From Lepidodermella squamata (taxonomy: Eukaryota > Animalia > Gastrotricha): a stretch of 64,000 bases of DNA. The notes beneath the pieces were generated by a model. That model worked only from the letters and a program-made list of their open reading frames with translations. It had not been told where the DNA came from and ran no database searches. Shown in pieces: positions 38,070 to 49,920 of the stretch (positions are counted from its first letter, which is position 1; each line of letters begins with the position of its first letter). Position numbers and translations under genes: made by a program. The DNA lies in NCBI GenBank assembly GCA_047495785.1, contig JBLDXI010000032.1:3782001-3846000 (forward strand). The letters are read 5' to 3'.

Positions 38070-39200
38070 CGCTTCTATTTTATGACCACGCTGCTTCCGG
38101 GTGAGAATATCGCTGATCGGGCCGAGTAAGATGCAAGTATTCAACGCGGTGCGGCGCTCAAGGTGGGACAACAAGCCCTCAGCGAGATGCAGGGTGCCAA
38201 GATGCCTATCAAGACTACCGAGACGTTCCTTGACCTGGCGTCACTCTACAGCTTGCTATCTCTGCTTTGTTGCTGATAATCTATGTAATGAAATTTAACG
38301 AAGAATGTAAAGCGGATCTAGGGGATTGGGATTGCGCGGCCGTTCAAATTTATACGGCCGAGGGGCTATGTGGTCGCATTTTCGCCCATGTTGATGTTTA
38401 CCTGGAGCCAGAGCAGAAGTATGGCTAATCGCTTCGCAAATTTTTCCATCGTATTTATTTCGCCGCCTATGAGGCGGAGAATAAGTCGCTTTTTGCGCTA
38501 GAATAAGTGCTAGACAAGGCGATTGCGAAAACAGCCAATGTCAAATGTGCACGTGTTCGCGCGACACTGCCTTAATTGTTTGACAGTCTTAATTTATCTT
38601 ACTCGTGGAGCAGGCACGGGCAGTGGAGCACGTTCGGTGTCATTGCGGCGTCGACGAGTGACTCAGCGAGTGTACCAGCTTCTAAATCGAAATTCAAATT
38701 TATTGTCCATCAGTTATCACAAATACTTCGTTCGTTCAATACAATTGACAATACAATTGACAACTGAGGGCTCGTGCTAGCTAGACGACACGCGCTCGCA
38801 TTTATCATCAACAGCAGTGGCGCAAGGTGCGGTGCAAGGAGAAGGGGACGACTAAATTGAAGAAAGAGTGAGCCAAGGCAGCGCAAATTGGTGCGAAACC
38901 AGCGCCGGCTAATGCTACAGCGGCTTCATCTGCACCACTCGCACCGTATTTGTCGTGTCGTGCGCTGGTCGATACGGGCGCTGTTGTATCTATTATGTCT
39001 ATTCGAAGTCCCTGTACTCGGTGTGAGGCGGCGACTGCCCGGCCCTGAGCCCGCGCTTCGGTTTGACGTCTCGAGCCGATCGCAAAGGCTACCGGCGCAC
39101 AATGTGGACGCTACTCAACGCTGTTTCCCTTCAAAAGTTGGCGACCCGCTAGCCCACCTGACGGCTATCTATTTTATCTTGCTGAGGCGCGTCGTGTTCA
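38070..39200 (+). mobile_element. Degenerate Gypsy gag-protease remnant (duplicate of 51318-52200)
   Basis: Alignable by eye to 51318-52200 and 33270-33900; RALVDTGAVVSI at ~38960. Confidence 0.6.
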
Positions 39201-40599
39201 TGCGAGTTGAGACGGCCCTAAGTATAAGTTGGAAAATTACAAGCCAATTTTCATTCTTTCACCTGTCTCGGGAAATTTCGAGAAATGCTTTGCTGAGCTG
39301 ATGAAATCCTACCTAGAAGAAACGAAATTCCTCTCTATCAATCAGCATGGCTATCGCCATCGCCATTCCGACTGAAGCATGCGACGGCAGTTTAGTTGAA
39401 GATGGCGAATTATGTCGAACAATATCAGCTGGAGCGGTTTGTCTTCGATTACAACGGTCGCAAGTTCATGCTGAAAATCTATTATGATCCTGCCACCGAA
39501 AAGTCGTTCATGCTGTTCGTGACGGATTGAAAAGGTTGGCGAAATCATCTCGTTGGTTCTTCGATGGCAAAATTAAAATGTTTCGCTCGCCGGTAGAAAT
39601 GCCATCTTTAGTAGCCTGATAGACTCGCATCTCCATTAATGCGATGTTGTTCTTGGCGCCGCCGTGTTAAATATGGCTCCTAATTTTGAAAATCTCAGTG
39701 AAACATCATCATCCCTAAAGAGGCCTACATCGCTCTGGAAAGATTCGACCTATTATCGATCGAACGGTGTGTTTGAAACGATGACGACGGATTTCAATGC
39801 GACTGTTGCGAAAGAGCTTGTCATGTGTACCGGTTTCAATAAAACTGTTCTATTACTCTTGCAAAGATCCAAACGAACCGCATGACTCAAGCGTCTATGT
39901 GCTTCGATTGTCTTCATCCAAGACGGGCGATGTTGGCATCAAGAAAAAACCGGCTCCTGAACAATGGATTTGTCTTGGCTGCTGCGGAGTTCCAGTCTCA
40001 GATGGCGAGCTGTGTTCCATCTGTCTGATCAACACGAATCCTGATCAATCTCTCGTATGTGCTTCTGCAGTAAGCCAATTTTCGCTTGCTATGGCTTGTG
40101 TACATGCATTCAGGCTAGTCATCTACGAACCTGCATTTCTTTGTTCGATGATTATAGTTCGATGATTAGAGTTCCAGCAGTTGTAGATCAAGTATTAGCA
40201 GTAAAACAGTTGAAATAGATTGCCTTGTCAGTTTAAGTCGAGAGGCTCGCGCCGCACTAAGGCAAGACTTCTTATTTTTATTGGGACATATTATAGTATC
40301 GGTGTAAATTTATTGGTTAAGCAATTATGTTGGGTATGCATATTTGTTGTGGTCGCTTCGCCATTTATTTGCGAGTTAAGTAGAGCAGATAGGTTATTAG
40401 GATAGTATTTTATATCTTCCCCGACTAATCAATGCAAGCAACTATTTTTTCACTTATTTACGTACAACGTTCTGTTTCTCCCCATATAGGTGCTTATTTA
40501 AGATTGATTAATTTATCGACGGTGCTGTGGAAATAAATTGAAGGTTCTACATCTACCAAAGATGCGGAAGACTAGCGGCGCGTCTGTGCAGCGCTGGGA

Positions 40600-41700
40600 A
40601 GTCATCCACGAAGATACTACGGCCCTTTGGTGTCGAGCGCGGCGAGTGAATTAACGAGAGTGAGTGCAAAGCCAGTGCCGGCTCTGCTGCAGCGGCCTGA
40701 TCTGCATCAACTGCGTCGGCGAAGAAACAGAGCAATAGTGCTACTTCGCACGTCGCTGGCTTTGAGCATTTGGCGCCGCAGGGCTCTTGTCACGACAGGC
40801 GCCTTGGCCAATTTGACAATCATCGATTGAACGCATAGATCTTGCTATCTACTCCAATTCGATCGCTAATGGTCTCTGTGTTTATGTAAGTTACGTTGAC
40901 TACTCGAACAAGCCGAGCTGCGCCTCGTCGAATGAGTCAACGCCACGTCGAATGAGATTGCACCTAGGCCGCTACCAAACCTCGCCACTCGCAGCCACAG
41001 CCTAACCCCATTTGCCCGATTTTTATAAAAATCGCCGCTCAGCTGTCCGCTCTGACCTTGACCGCCGTGCCGTTTGTATTATCTACTGGGTGCGAGCACT
41101 TGTTCCTCGCCTTCTCGTCTACCCAGACTTCGCGCGGCCGTTCGAGGGCATATGCGATGCCTCCGACGTCAGATGTTCTTCTACTCATGCATGCAGTCTC
41201 AAACCTCTGGTTGCTGCGCATAGTCGCCTGCCGAGCGGAAGTACCCGGCCCTCGTGATCGCGTTCTCGTGTGAACGCTCTCACCAATAGCCAATACCTGC
41301 TTGACAACAGCTTCGTCCTCGATCACGATCACAAGGCGCTCCTGTGGTTCTAGACCATCCGTGAACCACGCTGACGACATTTCGCGACCGTCCACCGAAC
41401 TTGACGATGTTTGTTACGCCTACGACCAACCTGTCGCTAGCCGACCGGTTTCGTCTTGACCTGGTTGAACTTTGAGCCGCTCAGTTGGCGACCCCGACAT
41501 CGGCCCGTGCAACGTCACCTCGACCTCAGCACGCCCCTGCCTCAGTCGTTCTCGGCTGCTTCGGCCCTCCTTCATAGGTCAAATCTTTGTCTATCAACCG
41601 CTTAAAATTGTTCCTCGATATCAAGTATATTCTGCTTTAACGATGGTGAATATATCAGCTTCTCCTGTCTGCCGACTTGATAGAGACCTCCGCTGGTTTA
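40600..41700 (+). mobile_element. Degenerate Gypsy-like internal remnant (related to 54130-55100)
   Basis: Shared blocks such as CTGTCCGCTCTGACCT, GATCGCGTTCTCGTGTGAACGCT and CAACCTGTCGCTAGCCGACCGGTTTCG with 54400-55080. Confidence 0.5.
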
Positions 41701-44700
41701 TCTGTTGATCGTTGTTATACTCGTTTTCTGCATGTGCTATATAAGGGAGTCTTGAGGTGCCTCGGCGCAAATTGCGTAAAAAACGTTAAATTTCGTGTAT
41801 AACTTCTGAATTGACGCAACTCTCAAAACCGTCGCAAAACCGCTAGTTGCCTTTACGACGCCGAAAACCGGACTACTTGATGACAGCACAGCGTATGATG
41901 AGAACTTGTTGTCAAATAGCAAGATTGGGGATCTTTCTAACTACTGCTGGCTTCGATTTAATTGCCGAACTGCTATACCGGCTATTGTGTATGAAAATGA
42001 ATTTGTACAGGGTGCGATGTTTCGATATGGCGTGAGAACGAAGGGAGATGGCGATATGTGGAAACACTTAGATGCTAGATGTGGTTGTGTGATTATTGAC
42101 CTGTCAAAGGCATTGCAATCGCGTTACTATTGTTCGTGATTTCAAAGTTTGTGTCAAGCTGCATGATCGGAAGAGCATCCACATCGTTGTCTTCAGGCTT
42201 ACACAAATCATACATTATCACGCCTCGAATACTGTCTTTCTGTTTATTCGCCCTATCTCCTAGAAGACATTGAGGAACTAGAGTCAGTGCAATCTCGCTT
42301 TACTAAGAGGCTATTATATCGTAGCTCAACCTCTTATGAAAATAGGCTGCAGAAATTGTTGTATGCCCACTCTGGAAATGCGCGCTTGATACACTATTTG
42401 TATCACCAATTTTGCCATAATACTTATTGTTGATGCCAAGTTCTCGGATTTATTTGACATATCAAACACGCTCAACTGCAATTGTGATGAAGTTCAAAAC
42501 AATGAACTCTCGGCGAACATTCAAAAACTGCCCTTAACATGCTGGATAAAGCTCAACGAGCTGGAATCCGAGCTCTGCTGCTGAAGCCTTTTCAGTTCTC
42601 TGTTGGCTCACTTCTCCTGGACCTTCAATTTTTGCTCTGCGGACGAAGAAACGTCCACATTATCCAACTCATGTGGCAGTTCCTTCACGGCAAAGCGCCC
42701 GACCGCTGATAGAAGCCTTCTCGAGGGACACCGTTTGCTACACTAGAACGCGCTTCAATGACACTGACATCTTGTTAGCGGAACGTAAACACCACTGGTC
42801 AACGCAAGTTCTTCCAGCCTGAAACGACACAAGCAGCATCGTGCGCAAACTCGAGCCCACCAGAGCCACTCGTCAAGCCGCCTGTCTTGTCGAGTTCGTC
42901 AATTCTGCGGTGAATAGCCGAGTTCGGCGATGAAACCCTGCACGCACGTTTTGAACAGCGTTTCGGCATTGACGAAATCTTGACTAAATTGAATTCGTCC
43001 AATTAAAGTTCGTCTTGGATCAGTGAATTGAATTAGAGCCCTAGATTTTATTTTTTCTCCATAGTTATTTGTTACTTAGATTTGAGATTCTCTTTCAAGA
43101 GCACCCTTGAAAACCATCACTTTTGATCAACGGGTTCCTCTAATACCGTATTTTATCGAATAGTACCCTGGGATACCAATTGTTTCCGAACTCGAAAAAT
43201 AGTGGAACAATCGGCCTATTATTCGAGGGGGCTTTTAATCAAATGAACAATAGTGATGGTAATATATGTCGTACCGTTATAAGCGATATGGTAAGAAAGT
43301 CTTGATTACACCAACCGCAATCCACCGCTAGGTCAGGCCAAGGTTTATTCGCCATGCAGCAATAGATTTTCCATTTTAAATCGAAACACTCGTCACGGCC
43401 AAATGATTCCCTAAAGATCACACATTCAAATAGGTATTCCTAAATTTTTTCTTATGACATGAGGCTGGAATCTGAGCGGATTTTGCGTTTTAAAGAATCA
43501 AAATTTGGTCCTCTTTCGTTTGCGGAGACATTTTGACTGTATTTCCTATTCATGATTTAGTCACCTGACCGAGTTTTCTTACTGCGGTTATCTATTCTTG
43601 ACATCTACAACGAAGTTTTGACGGATTTGCTTGATCCGAACTCAGCGAAGCTCACCATACGAGAAAATTCCGTAAGTCTTGCCCGTTCATATTAGGCGAT
43701 TGGTTGAAATTGTAATTCAGGACGGAACTACCTTTGTCGAAAACTTATCCGAAGAAATCTGCACGTGTCCGGAGGATATCTTTCGATATTTAAACGACGT
43801 TCTTGGTCTGTAATTTCTATTTCATCCCCATCGAAATCATTTTCGGTTTTTAGCTCGGCGTCATGTTGGCGATACAAATATGAACGAGTATTCCAGTCGT
43901 TCGAATACCATTTGCCATCTAATCATTGAAAGCCGACGGAAGGAAGAAGAGGGCGTTGTCAATGTTTCTCAATTGGTGAGATAGATGATTCTCTTCGATT
44001 TCATTCCTGCATAAAATCCTTTGAATCTATCGTTAGAATTTTGTTGATTTGGCTGGTTCAGAGCGTGTTGCTCACACTGGAGCTTCTGGGAGCGATTGAA
44101 GGAGGGCCAGGCAATTCACAAAAGCCTTTTCTTGTTGCCTCTAGTCATTCCGAAGCTCAGTGAAGGGAGGCAAGTTATTCCATTGCATTTGATTCTCAAA
44201 ATTTCATGTCGTTTTAATTTTAGTACTTTCGTCAACTTCCGCGATTCAAAGCTCACTCGCATTCTTCAAAATGCGCTAGGTGAAAATTCTTTGAGCGCGA
44301 TTGTCTGCACCGCACCCCTGCGATAAATTTCCTCGAGCTAACTCTAAGCACGCTGAAATTTGCAACAAGCGCTAGCAATATCAGCACCAAGCCAACGTTG
44401 AACGAGAATGTGTCGAGCGAAGCTTTAATGAAACGCATGCAGCAAGAAATTGTTGAACTGCGAGCCAAAATCAAGCAATTCGAGTTGACTGATCAAGGCG
44501 AAATCGCGAAAAAAGAACTCGCTGAGAAGGAACTGTTATTCCGTGATGCATTTTGTTTCTCAACTCGATCCTCGCTTTTGGAGAAGCCGGCGAAGAATTT
44601 CCGTCGCCTCACCTGGGCACCACGCGATCGATGCCACGCTTTGACTGCGTGCCCCTACTGAGTTGGAGGATGTGAGGGCATTTTGAAGAGCCAAATCGCA

Positions 44701-45460
44701 GCTTTGGAGGTCGATGCCGATGGGATGAGAAGCTTACAAGTTTGGCACGCGAAAAAACCTAACTAGCCGAAGAAGTCGTCCGACTTCAAGCTTCGATTAC
44801 CGAATCAAACCTGACCAACGAGGCGCTTCTGGAAAAATTGCGTGAAGAAATCGAGAATCTAAAAACGTCTGTCACCAATTTGAAAGCGGAGAAATAAAAG
44901 ACCGAGGCAAAATTTCAGCTTAGTTCTGAGACTCATCAATCAATTCTGTCCGAGCTCGAGCTTAATTTGAAGGCAGTCGAGTCTGAAAAAACCGCTCTGA
45001 TTTCTCGCCTGGACAAGCTACTGCGCAGATTTCAGCGATTGAACAACACAAATCTGAGCTTTCAGCCAAAATGAGGCCTTCGATCAAGAAAAACAATCGA
45101 TTGAATCTCAATTGGCAATTTCAAAGCAGCAAGTTGAAGCGTTGGAATCTGAGAATTAGCCGATTTGGAGGAGAAACAGCTTGTCATTGAGCAGGAGAAG
45201 GGCTGCATAAGGTCTTCCCTCGATGTCGCGCATTGTCAGGTAGCGTCAGTCAGTCCAGGCCGAGAAAGCCGAGATAGAGACTAAATTGGCCACACTTATC
45301 GAATCAGCCGCCTTAATCGAAAGCGAAAAAATTGATCTGGCTAGCAAAATTTCTGAATTCGAGATCTGCGATTGAATATTAAATTTTCTGAGGTTTTTAC
45401 ACGTATTTGTGTTTCTGCTTGCGCTACTGCAGCGGTACACTTACTTAACTACTTCTTACG

Positions 45461-47056
45461 ATGGCCGGCAGTAAAGGCGGGAAGAAGAAGAAGAAGGCAG
45501 CTCCTACACTTTCCCTGTTCAAGGCTCTGAGGGGCCTGGACGCTGCTGACATCGCCAATGTGCTGAAGATGATCGCGGCGCTCAAGGCCGCAAAGGGTTG
45601 CCCGGAGACTCTCTCGGTTAGTGGCGAGGTCCACATGGACTCGGCTGACGAGAGTGGCGACGAGCCACCTACGCTCACCTATGCTGGCGCGGCCACGTCC
45701 ACGGCCTCGTCTCAGCGCCCGTCGTCGCACCCGGCGACCCCTGACCCTCGTGTTAAGCCGCCGCCCCAAGGCGCTCCACCTGCGGGTGCTGCCCCTGCTC
45801 CGTCCACTGCTGCCAACACCGGTTCTTTTCGCACTGTCATAATCGATGGAATACACGGCATTCGACGGAACGAACTTGAGCCCAAACTCTACGAGGCTGT
45901 CGCCTGGCTTCGGCCCGAAACCGTTGTTGTCATGGCTAGTGGTGGCTTGCGTATCATCTGTAAAACCCCCGCTGATGCTCAGCGCCTTCTCGACCGCGAT
46001 GGGTTCGCTCCTGAGGCCTTTCGTGGCTCCGCATTTCGCGTCCACCGCCCCGGCCAGCCAGACCCTAAGGCTGCTAAGTCCAAGCAAGCTGACAAGGACA
46101 GTCGTTCGGTGATCACTGCCCGGCTGCCTGGGTTCTATACCACCGACCAGCTTCTGAAGCACCTGACGAACGTCGTCGAAATTCGTGACATGCCAGTTCA
46201 CACCCCCGGCGATGACCCGCTCCGCGTCGTCGTCCTCAAGACACAAGCGTTACGCGACGAGGCTCTCACCCTCGGCCTCGAGTTCCTGAATCGCCGTATC
46301 AAGTGCCGCCCTCTCAAGGACGGCCTCCTTCCGCCTAAGTGTATGCGCTGCGCCCGGTTTGGGCACGTCGAAGTTGACTGTGCTGCGGCAGAGAAAGACC
46401 TCCTGTGTGGTCGCTGCGCCTCGCCGAACCACAAAACCGCCCAGTGCGAAGCGCCGCGCGAATCCCTCGCCTGCGTCAACTGTCCGGACGGTGGCTCGCC
46501 TCGCCACTCCAGTCTCTGGCGCGGCTGTCCTCAGTTCAAGGCCGCTAAAGTGCAGGAGGCCGAGTCCCGTGCTGCCCGCGCCGAGGCGAGACGTGCTCGT
46601 GTCGCTCGACAAAAGAAGGTCACGCCACCGACCGCGCCGCCTCAGCCCCCTCCGGGCCGCGTCTTCCGGGTTGCCACTCGCGATCTTCTCGTCTCCGCGC
46701 CGCCGCCCCCACCGCAACTCCCGTCTGTTAACCCTGCTATCCGTAACCAGTTCCAGACGCTCGACGGCGCTCGTTTGTTCGAACTGATGGACGCCCGCCT
46801 GAAGAAGTTCGAGGAAAAGGAGGTTGCCTACGGCCAGCGTCTTCTACGGCTGGAGAACGCCTTCGTTGAGATCACGGGCCTTGTCAAGGCGGTCGTGCAT
46901 GCGCCTCCCGTTCGCGCGGCTGGTGGCCCGCCGCCCCCTGCCTCAGCTCCTCCGCCGTCTCCCGTCTCGGCCCCGCGCGGGTCGTCTCGTGGCTTGCTGT
47001 TTCATATGTCCCCGGCTGCCGCGTTGCCCCCGACCGAGCCTGGATCAACATGGTAG
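45461..47056 (+). CDS. LINE ORF1 (gag-like, three zinc knuckles)
   Basis: CMRCARFGHVEVDC, CGRCASPNHKTAQC, CVNCPDGGSPRHSSLWRGC. Confidence 0.9.
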   Translation: MAGSKGGKKKKKAAPTLSLFKALRGLDAADIANVLKMIAALKAAKGCPETLSVSGEVHMDSADESGDEPPTLTYAGAATSTASSQRPSSHPATPDPRVKPPPQGAPPAGAAPAPSTAANTGSFRTVIIDGIHGIRRNELEPKLYEAVAWLRPETVVVMASGGLRIICKTPADAQRLLDRDGFAPEAFRGSAFRVHRPGQPDPKAAKSKQADKDSRSVITARLPGFYTTDQLLKHLTNVVEIRDMPVHTPGDDPLRVVVLKTQALRDEALTLGLEFLNRRIKCRPLKDGLLPPKCMRCARFGHVEVDCAAAEKDLLCGRCASPNHKTAQCEAPRESLACVNCPDGGSPRHSSLWRGCPQFKAAKVQEAESRAARAEARRARVARQKKVTPPTAPPQPPPGRVFRVATRDLLVSAPPPPPQLPSVNPAIRNQFQTLDGARLFELMDARLKKFEEKEVAYGQRLLRLENAFVEITGLVKAVVHAPPVRAAGGPPPPASAPPPSPVSAPRGSSRGLLFHMSPAAALPPTEPGSTW

Positions 47057-49920
47057 ACTGTGACTTTCTGACGCAATGGAACTGCCGTGGTGGTAATGAC
47101 AAAACGTTTGAATTTTATTGTGTTATTGATGATTTTAATCCGGTTGCTTTTTTGATTAACGAGTCTTTCTTCTATTCTCTTACCTCTGTCTCCCTCGACG
47201 GGTACGCGATCTTTCGTTGTGATAGGGCACAGGACTCTGCAGAAGCCTTGCTTGGTGACGCGCATGGCGGGTCGGCGATCCTGGTTCGCGAAGGGGCGGT
47301 TGTCGTCTCCGAGCGGAAGCTGGCCTTGACTGGGGCGAAGAGAAGCGAGTGGATACGCCTCGACCTGCTGCCTGGTCGCCGTTGTGAAGCAGTACGTGTG
47401 TTTACCGGCTACTGTCCGCCGTCGTCCAGTCTCGACCTGCGCTGGTTTGAGGAGGAGTTCGCTGAAGCTGCTCGTCTGGCTGTCCCGTGTTTCTTTGGCG
47501 GCGACCTGAACGCGAAATCACCACTGTGGGGGAAGGGCGACCTCTGGAACGCCAACGGCTTCTCCCTCCACCACGCCGCGACTCGGCTCGGTCTTACCGT
47601 CCTTCCGTCTCCGAAGCCGACTCATCTGCATCCCTCCTCCTGTTCGCTATCCACGCTCGATGTCTGGGTGCTTAACGACGCTGCCATGCGCCTTCTGCGC
47701 GGCGGCGCTCACGTTGGCGATCGATATACCAGTGACCATTTCGTGACCTCAGTCGCTGTCGCCTTCCCAGTTGGCCGGCGGCTGCCTGCAGTCGACCCTC
47801 CCGCTCCGGATCCGTTTCCGCGGTACGATGTCTCGCGCGCCGATCGTCTCGGTTTTTCCCGCACCTTGACTGCTAAGCTCCTTGCCATTCAGGTGCCAGC
47901 TCCCGGGGACCCCTTCCCACGACTTGCCGCCTATCGCCGAGAAGTAACCAGCGCTATCGCCGAGTCCCGCGACCTTCACGTGCCCGTCTGTGCGCCGGGG
48001 CAGCTGCGACGCATCGCCATGAGCCTGGAGATGCGCAGGCTTCTTCAGGAGAAGCGGGTTCTGGAACATGCTCTGGGCAACCACGTCGACCGCGAGCTAT
48101 GCGCCCGGCTCAAAGATCTCGACGCCCGGTTCCGCGCTGCGCAGCACGCTCATCTTCTCCGTCGCGACATCGCCAATCTTCGAATGGTGGAAGCGCTATC
48201 TGCCCAGCACCGTTACCGAGAAGCGTGGGAGCGCCTCCGCCGTCTCGACCGACACAGGCCGCCGCGTTCTGCTGGGCCCATGAAACTGGATGACGGCCGC
48301 GTCTTAGCGCCATCGCCTGAGCTCGCAGATGCTCTCCTGAGTCAGTTCGTCAAGCCGATGACGCCGTATGAAGACCCGGCTGCCGATGCTGCGACCAGAC
48401 AACGTTGGGCCGATATAGAGCGATTCATTTCCACCGATCCTGATCTTCAGCGTACCGATACCCTGCAGCTACCCGGCCCGGGTGAGTTCTCCGTCAGCCA
48501 GCGCATGGTGGCTGACGCCATCGGGCGCCTCCAGCCGTTTAAGGCGCCTGGGCTGGACGGCATCAGTCCTATATTCTACAAATGGGGCGGGCCGCCGCTT
48601 CAGCGCCACCTTCGCCATCTGTTTAACCTCAGCCTCGGCTCCCGATGCGTTCTGCCGGAATGGAAGGAGGCTGCCGTCATCCCTGTGCCTAAAGCCGGTA
48701 AACCGCATGGCGCCGTCTCGTCTCAGCGGCCGATCTCGCTGCTCCCAGTTGACGGCAAGCTACTCGAATCGATCATCGCGCGCTGGTTGGGTGGGTTCCT
48801 GGAAGATCTCAGCCTGCTGCCTGACAACCAGTACGCGTTCCGTGCTCACCGATCCGCTCCGGACGTACCGCTGCGAATCGCGCACCGCGTCCACCTCGGC
48901 CGGTCGCGTAACCGTAAGGTCATCGTCGTCGGCCTTGACGTACAGGCGGCGTACGATTCCGTGTGGAGTGCCGGCCTTGCCTTCAAACTCGCCGAACTGC
49001 CTCTACCTCGAAACCTGGCCGCCTGGCTTACCGATTTCCTGCGCGACCGGAAGCTTCAAGCGCGCGTCGCCGGCTTCCTCAGCCAGCAGCGGACTGTGAA
49101 CTGCGGAGTCCCGCAAGGGTCGCCCCTGTCGCCCCTGCTGTACATCGTGTACACTGCTGACCTTCTAACTGCGCCGACTGCCCCCGGCTGTTCCCTAGAC
49201 GCCTATGCTGACGATCTCACAGTCGTCGGCGAGGGTGCGAATTTCCAGGAGGACGAACGCTGCACCCAGGCAGAGATCGATCGCATCTCGCAGTGGGCCC
49301 GCGAGTGGCGCCAGAAGTTTAATGCGTCGAAAAGCGAAGCAATGCCGTTTGCCTGGCGCTCGTACCAGACCCGTCTGCGCCTCGACGGCTCGATGATCCC
49401 TCAAGTTGCCGTGATTCGTGTCCTCGGCGTGCACCTTGACGCCAAGCTGACTTGGAAGTCGCACGTCGACCAGGTCATCAACCGCTGCACCCGGAACCTG
49501 TCCCACTTTCGCCGTATTGCCTGCACCCCTGGCCTCTCTCGCCGATGGCGTCGCACGGCCTACCTCAGCCTTGTCCGCTCCGCCGCCACTTACGGCAACG
49601 TCGTGTTTTGTACCGCGCCCAAGAGGCAGCTGAAGCGGCTTGATGTGTTGCAGAACGACTGTCTGCGCAGCCTGCTAAACATCCGCCGCGATGACCGGGT
49701 CCGTGTCTCGGAGCTGGAACGCCGCTGTGGCGTGAAGAGCCTGCCTGCCTTTTTCGAACAGACCCAGCGCCGTTACGCTGCGAATGCAGTCCGGTTCGTC
49801 CTCCCACTTAGAGAAGAAGTTGAGCGACTCCGCCTCTCCGCGAACCCGGTGCCCCGTTCCCCGCTGGCCTTGATCGCCAGCAGGCTTCCTCGGGGTCCTT
49901 TGCCCACTTTCGATGTCTGA
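47050..49920 (+). CDS. LINE ORF2: APE endonuclease + reverse transcriptase, no RNase H
   Basis: QWNCRG, GDLNAKSPLWG, TSDH (APE); KAPGLDGI, QRPISLL, LDVQAAYDSV, GVPQGSPLSPLLY, YADD (RT); 956 aa uninterrupted. Confidence 0.95.
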   Translation: MVDCDFLTQWNCRGGNDKTFEFYCVIDDFNPVAFLINESFFYSLTSVSLDGYAIFRCDRAQDSAEALLGDAHGGSAILVREGAVVVSERKLALTGAKRSEWIRLDLLPGRRCEAVRVFTGYCPPSSSLDLRWFEEEFAEAARLAVPCFFGGDLNAKSPLWGKGDLWNANGFSLHHAATRLGLTVLPSPKPTHLHPSSCSLSTLDVWVLNDAAMRLLRGGAHVGDRYTSDHFVTSVAVAFPVGRRLPAVDPPAPDPFPRYDVSRADRLGFSRTLTAKLLAIQVPAPGDPFPRLAAYRREVTSAIAESRDLHVPVCAPGQLRRIAMSLEMRRLLQEKRVLEHALGNHVDRELCARLKDLDARFRAAQHAHLLRRDIANLRMVEALSAQHRYREAWERLRRLDRHRPPRSAGPMKLDDGRVLAPSPELADALLSQFVKPMTPYEDPAADAATRQRWADIERFISTDPDLQRTDTLQLPGPGEFSVSQRMVADAIGRLQPFKAPGLDGISPIFYKWGGPPLQRHLRHLFNLSLGSRCVLPEWKEAAVIPVPKAGKPHGAVSSQRPISLLPVDGKLLESIIARWLGGFLEDLSLLPDNQYAFRAHRSAPDVPLRIAHRVHLGRSRNRKVIVVGLDVQAAYDSVWSAGLAFKLAELPLPRNLAAWLTDFLRDRKLQARVAGFLSQQRTVNCGVPQGSPLSPLLYIVYTADLLTAPTAPGCSLDAYADDLTVVGEGANFQEDERCTQAEIDRISQWAREWRQKFNASKSEAMPFAWRSYQTRLRLDGSMIPQVAVIRVLGVHLDAKLTWKSHVDQVINRCTRNLSHFRRIACTPGLSRRWRRTAYLSLVRSAATYGNVVFCTAPKRQLKRLDVLQNDCLRSLLNIRRDDRVRVSELERRCGVKSLPAFFEQTQRRYAANAVRFVLPLREEVERLRLSANPVPRSPLALIASRLPRGPLPTFDV

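Noticed and set aside
39700-40100. Cys-rich fragment (WICLGCC...CSIC) suggestive of a PHD finger
   Set aside because: Incomplete pattern and no coherent exon structure.
45449-49807. Many alternative-frame and antisense ORFs in the LINE
   Set aside because: Expected from high GC content; no motifs.
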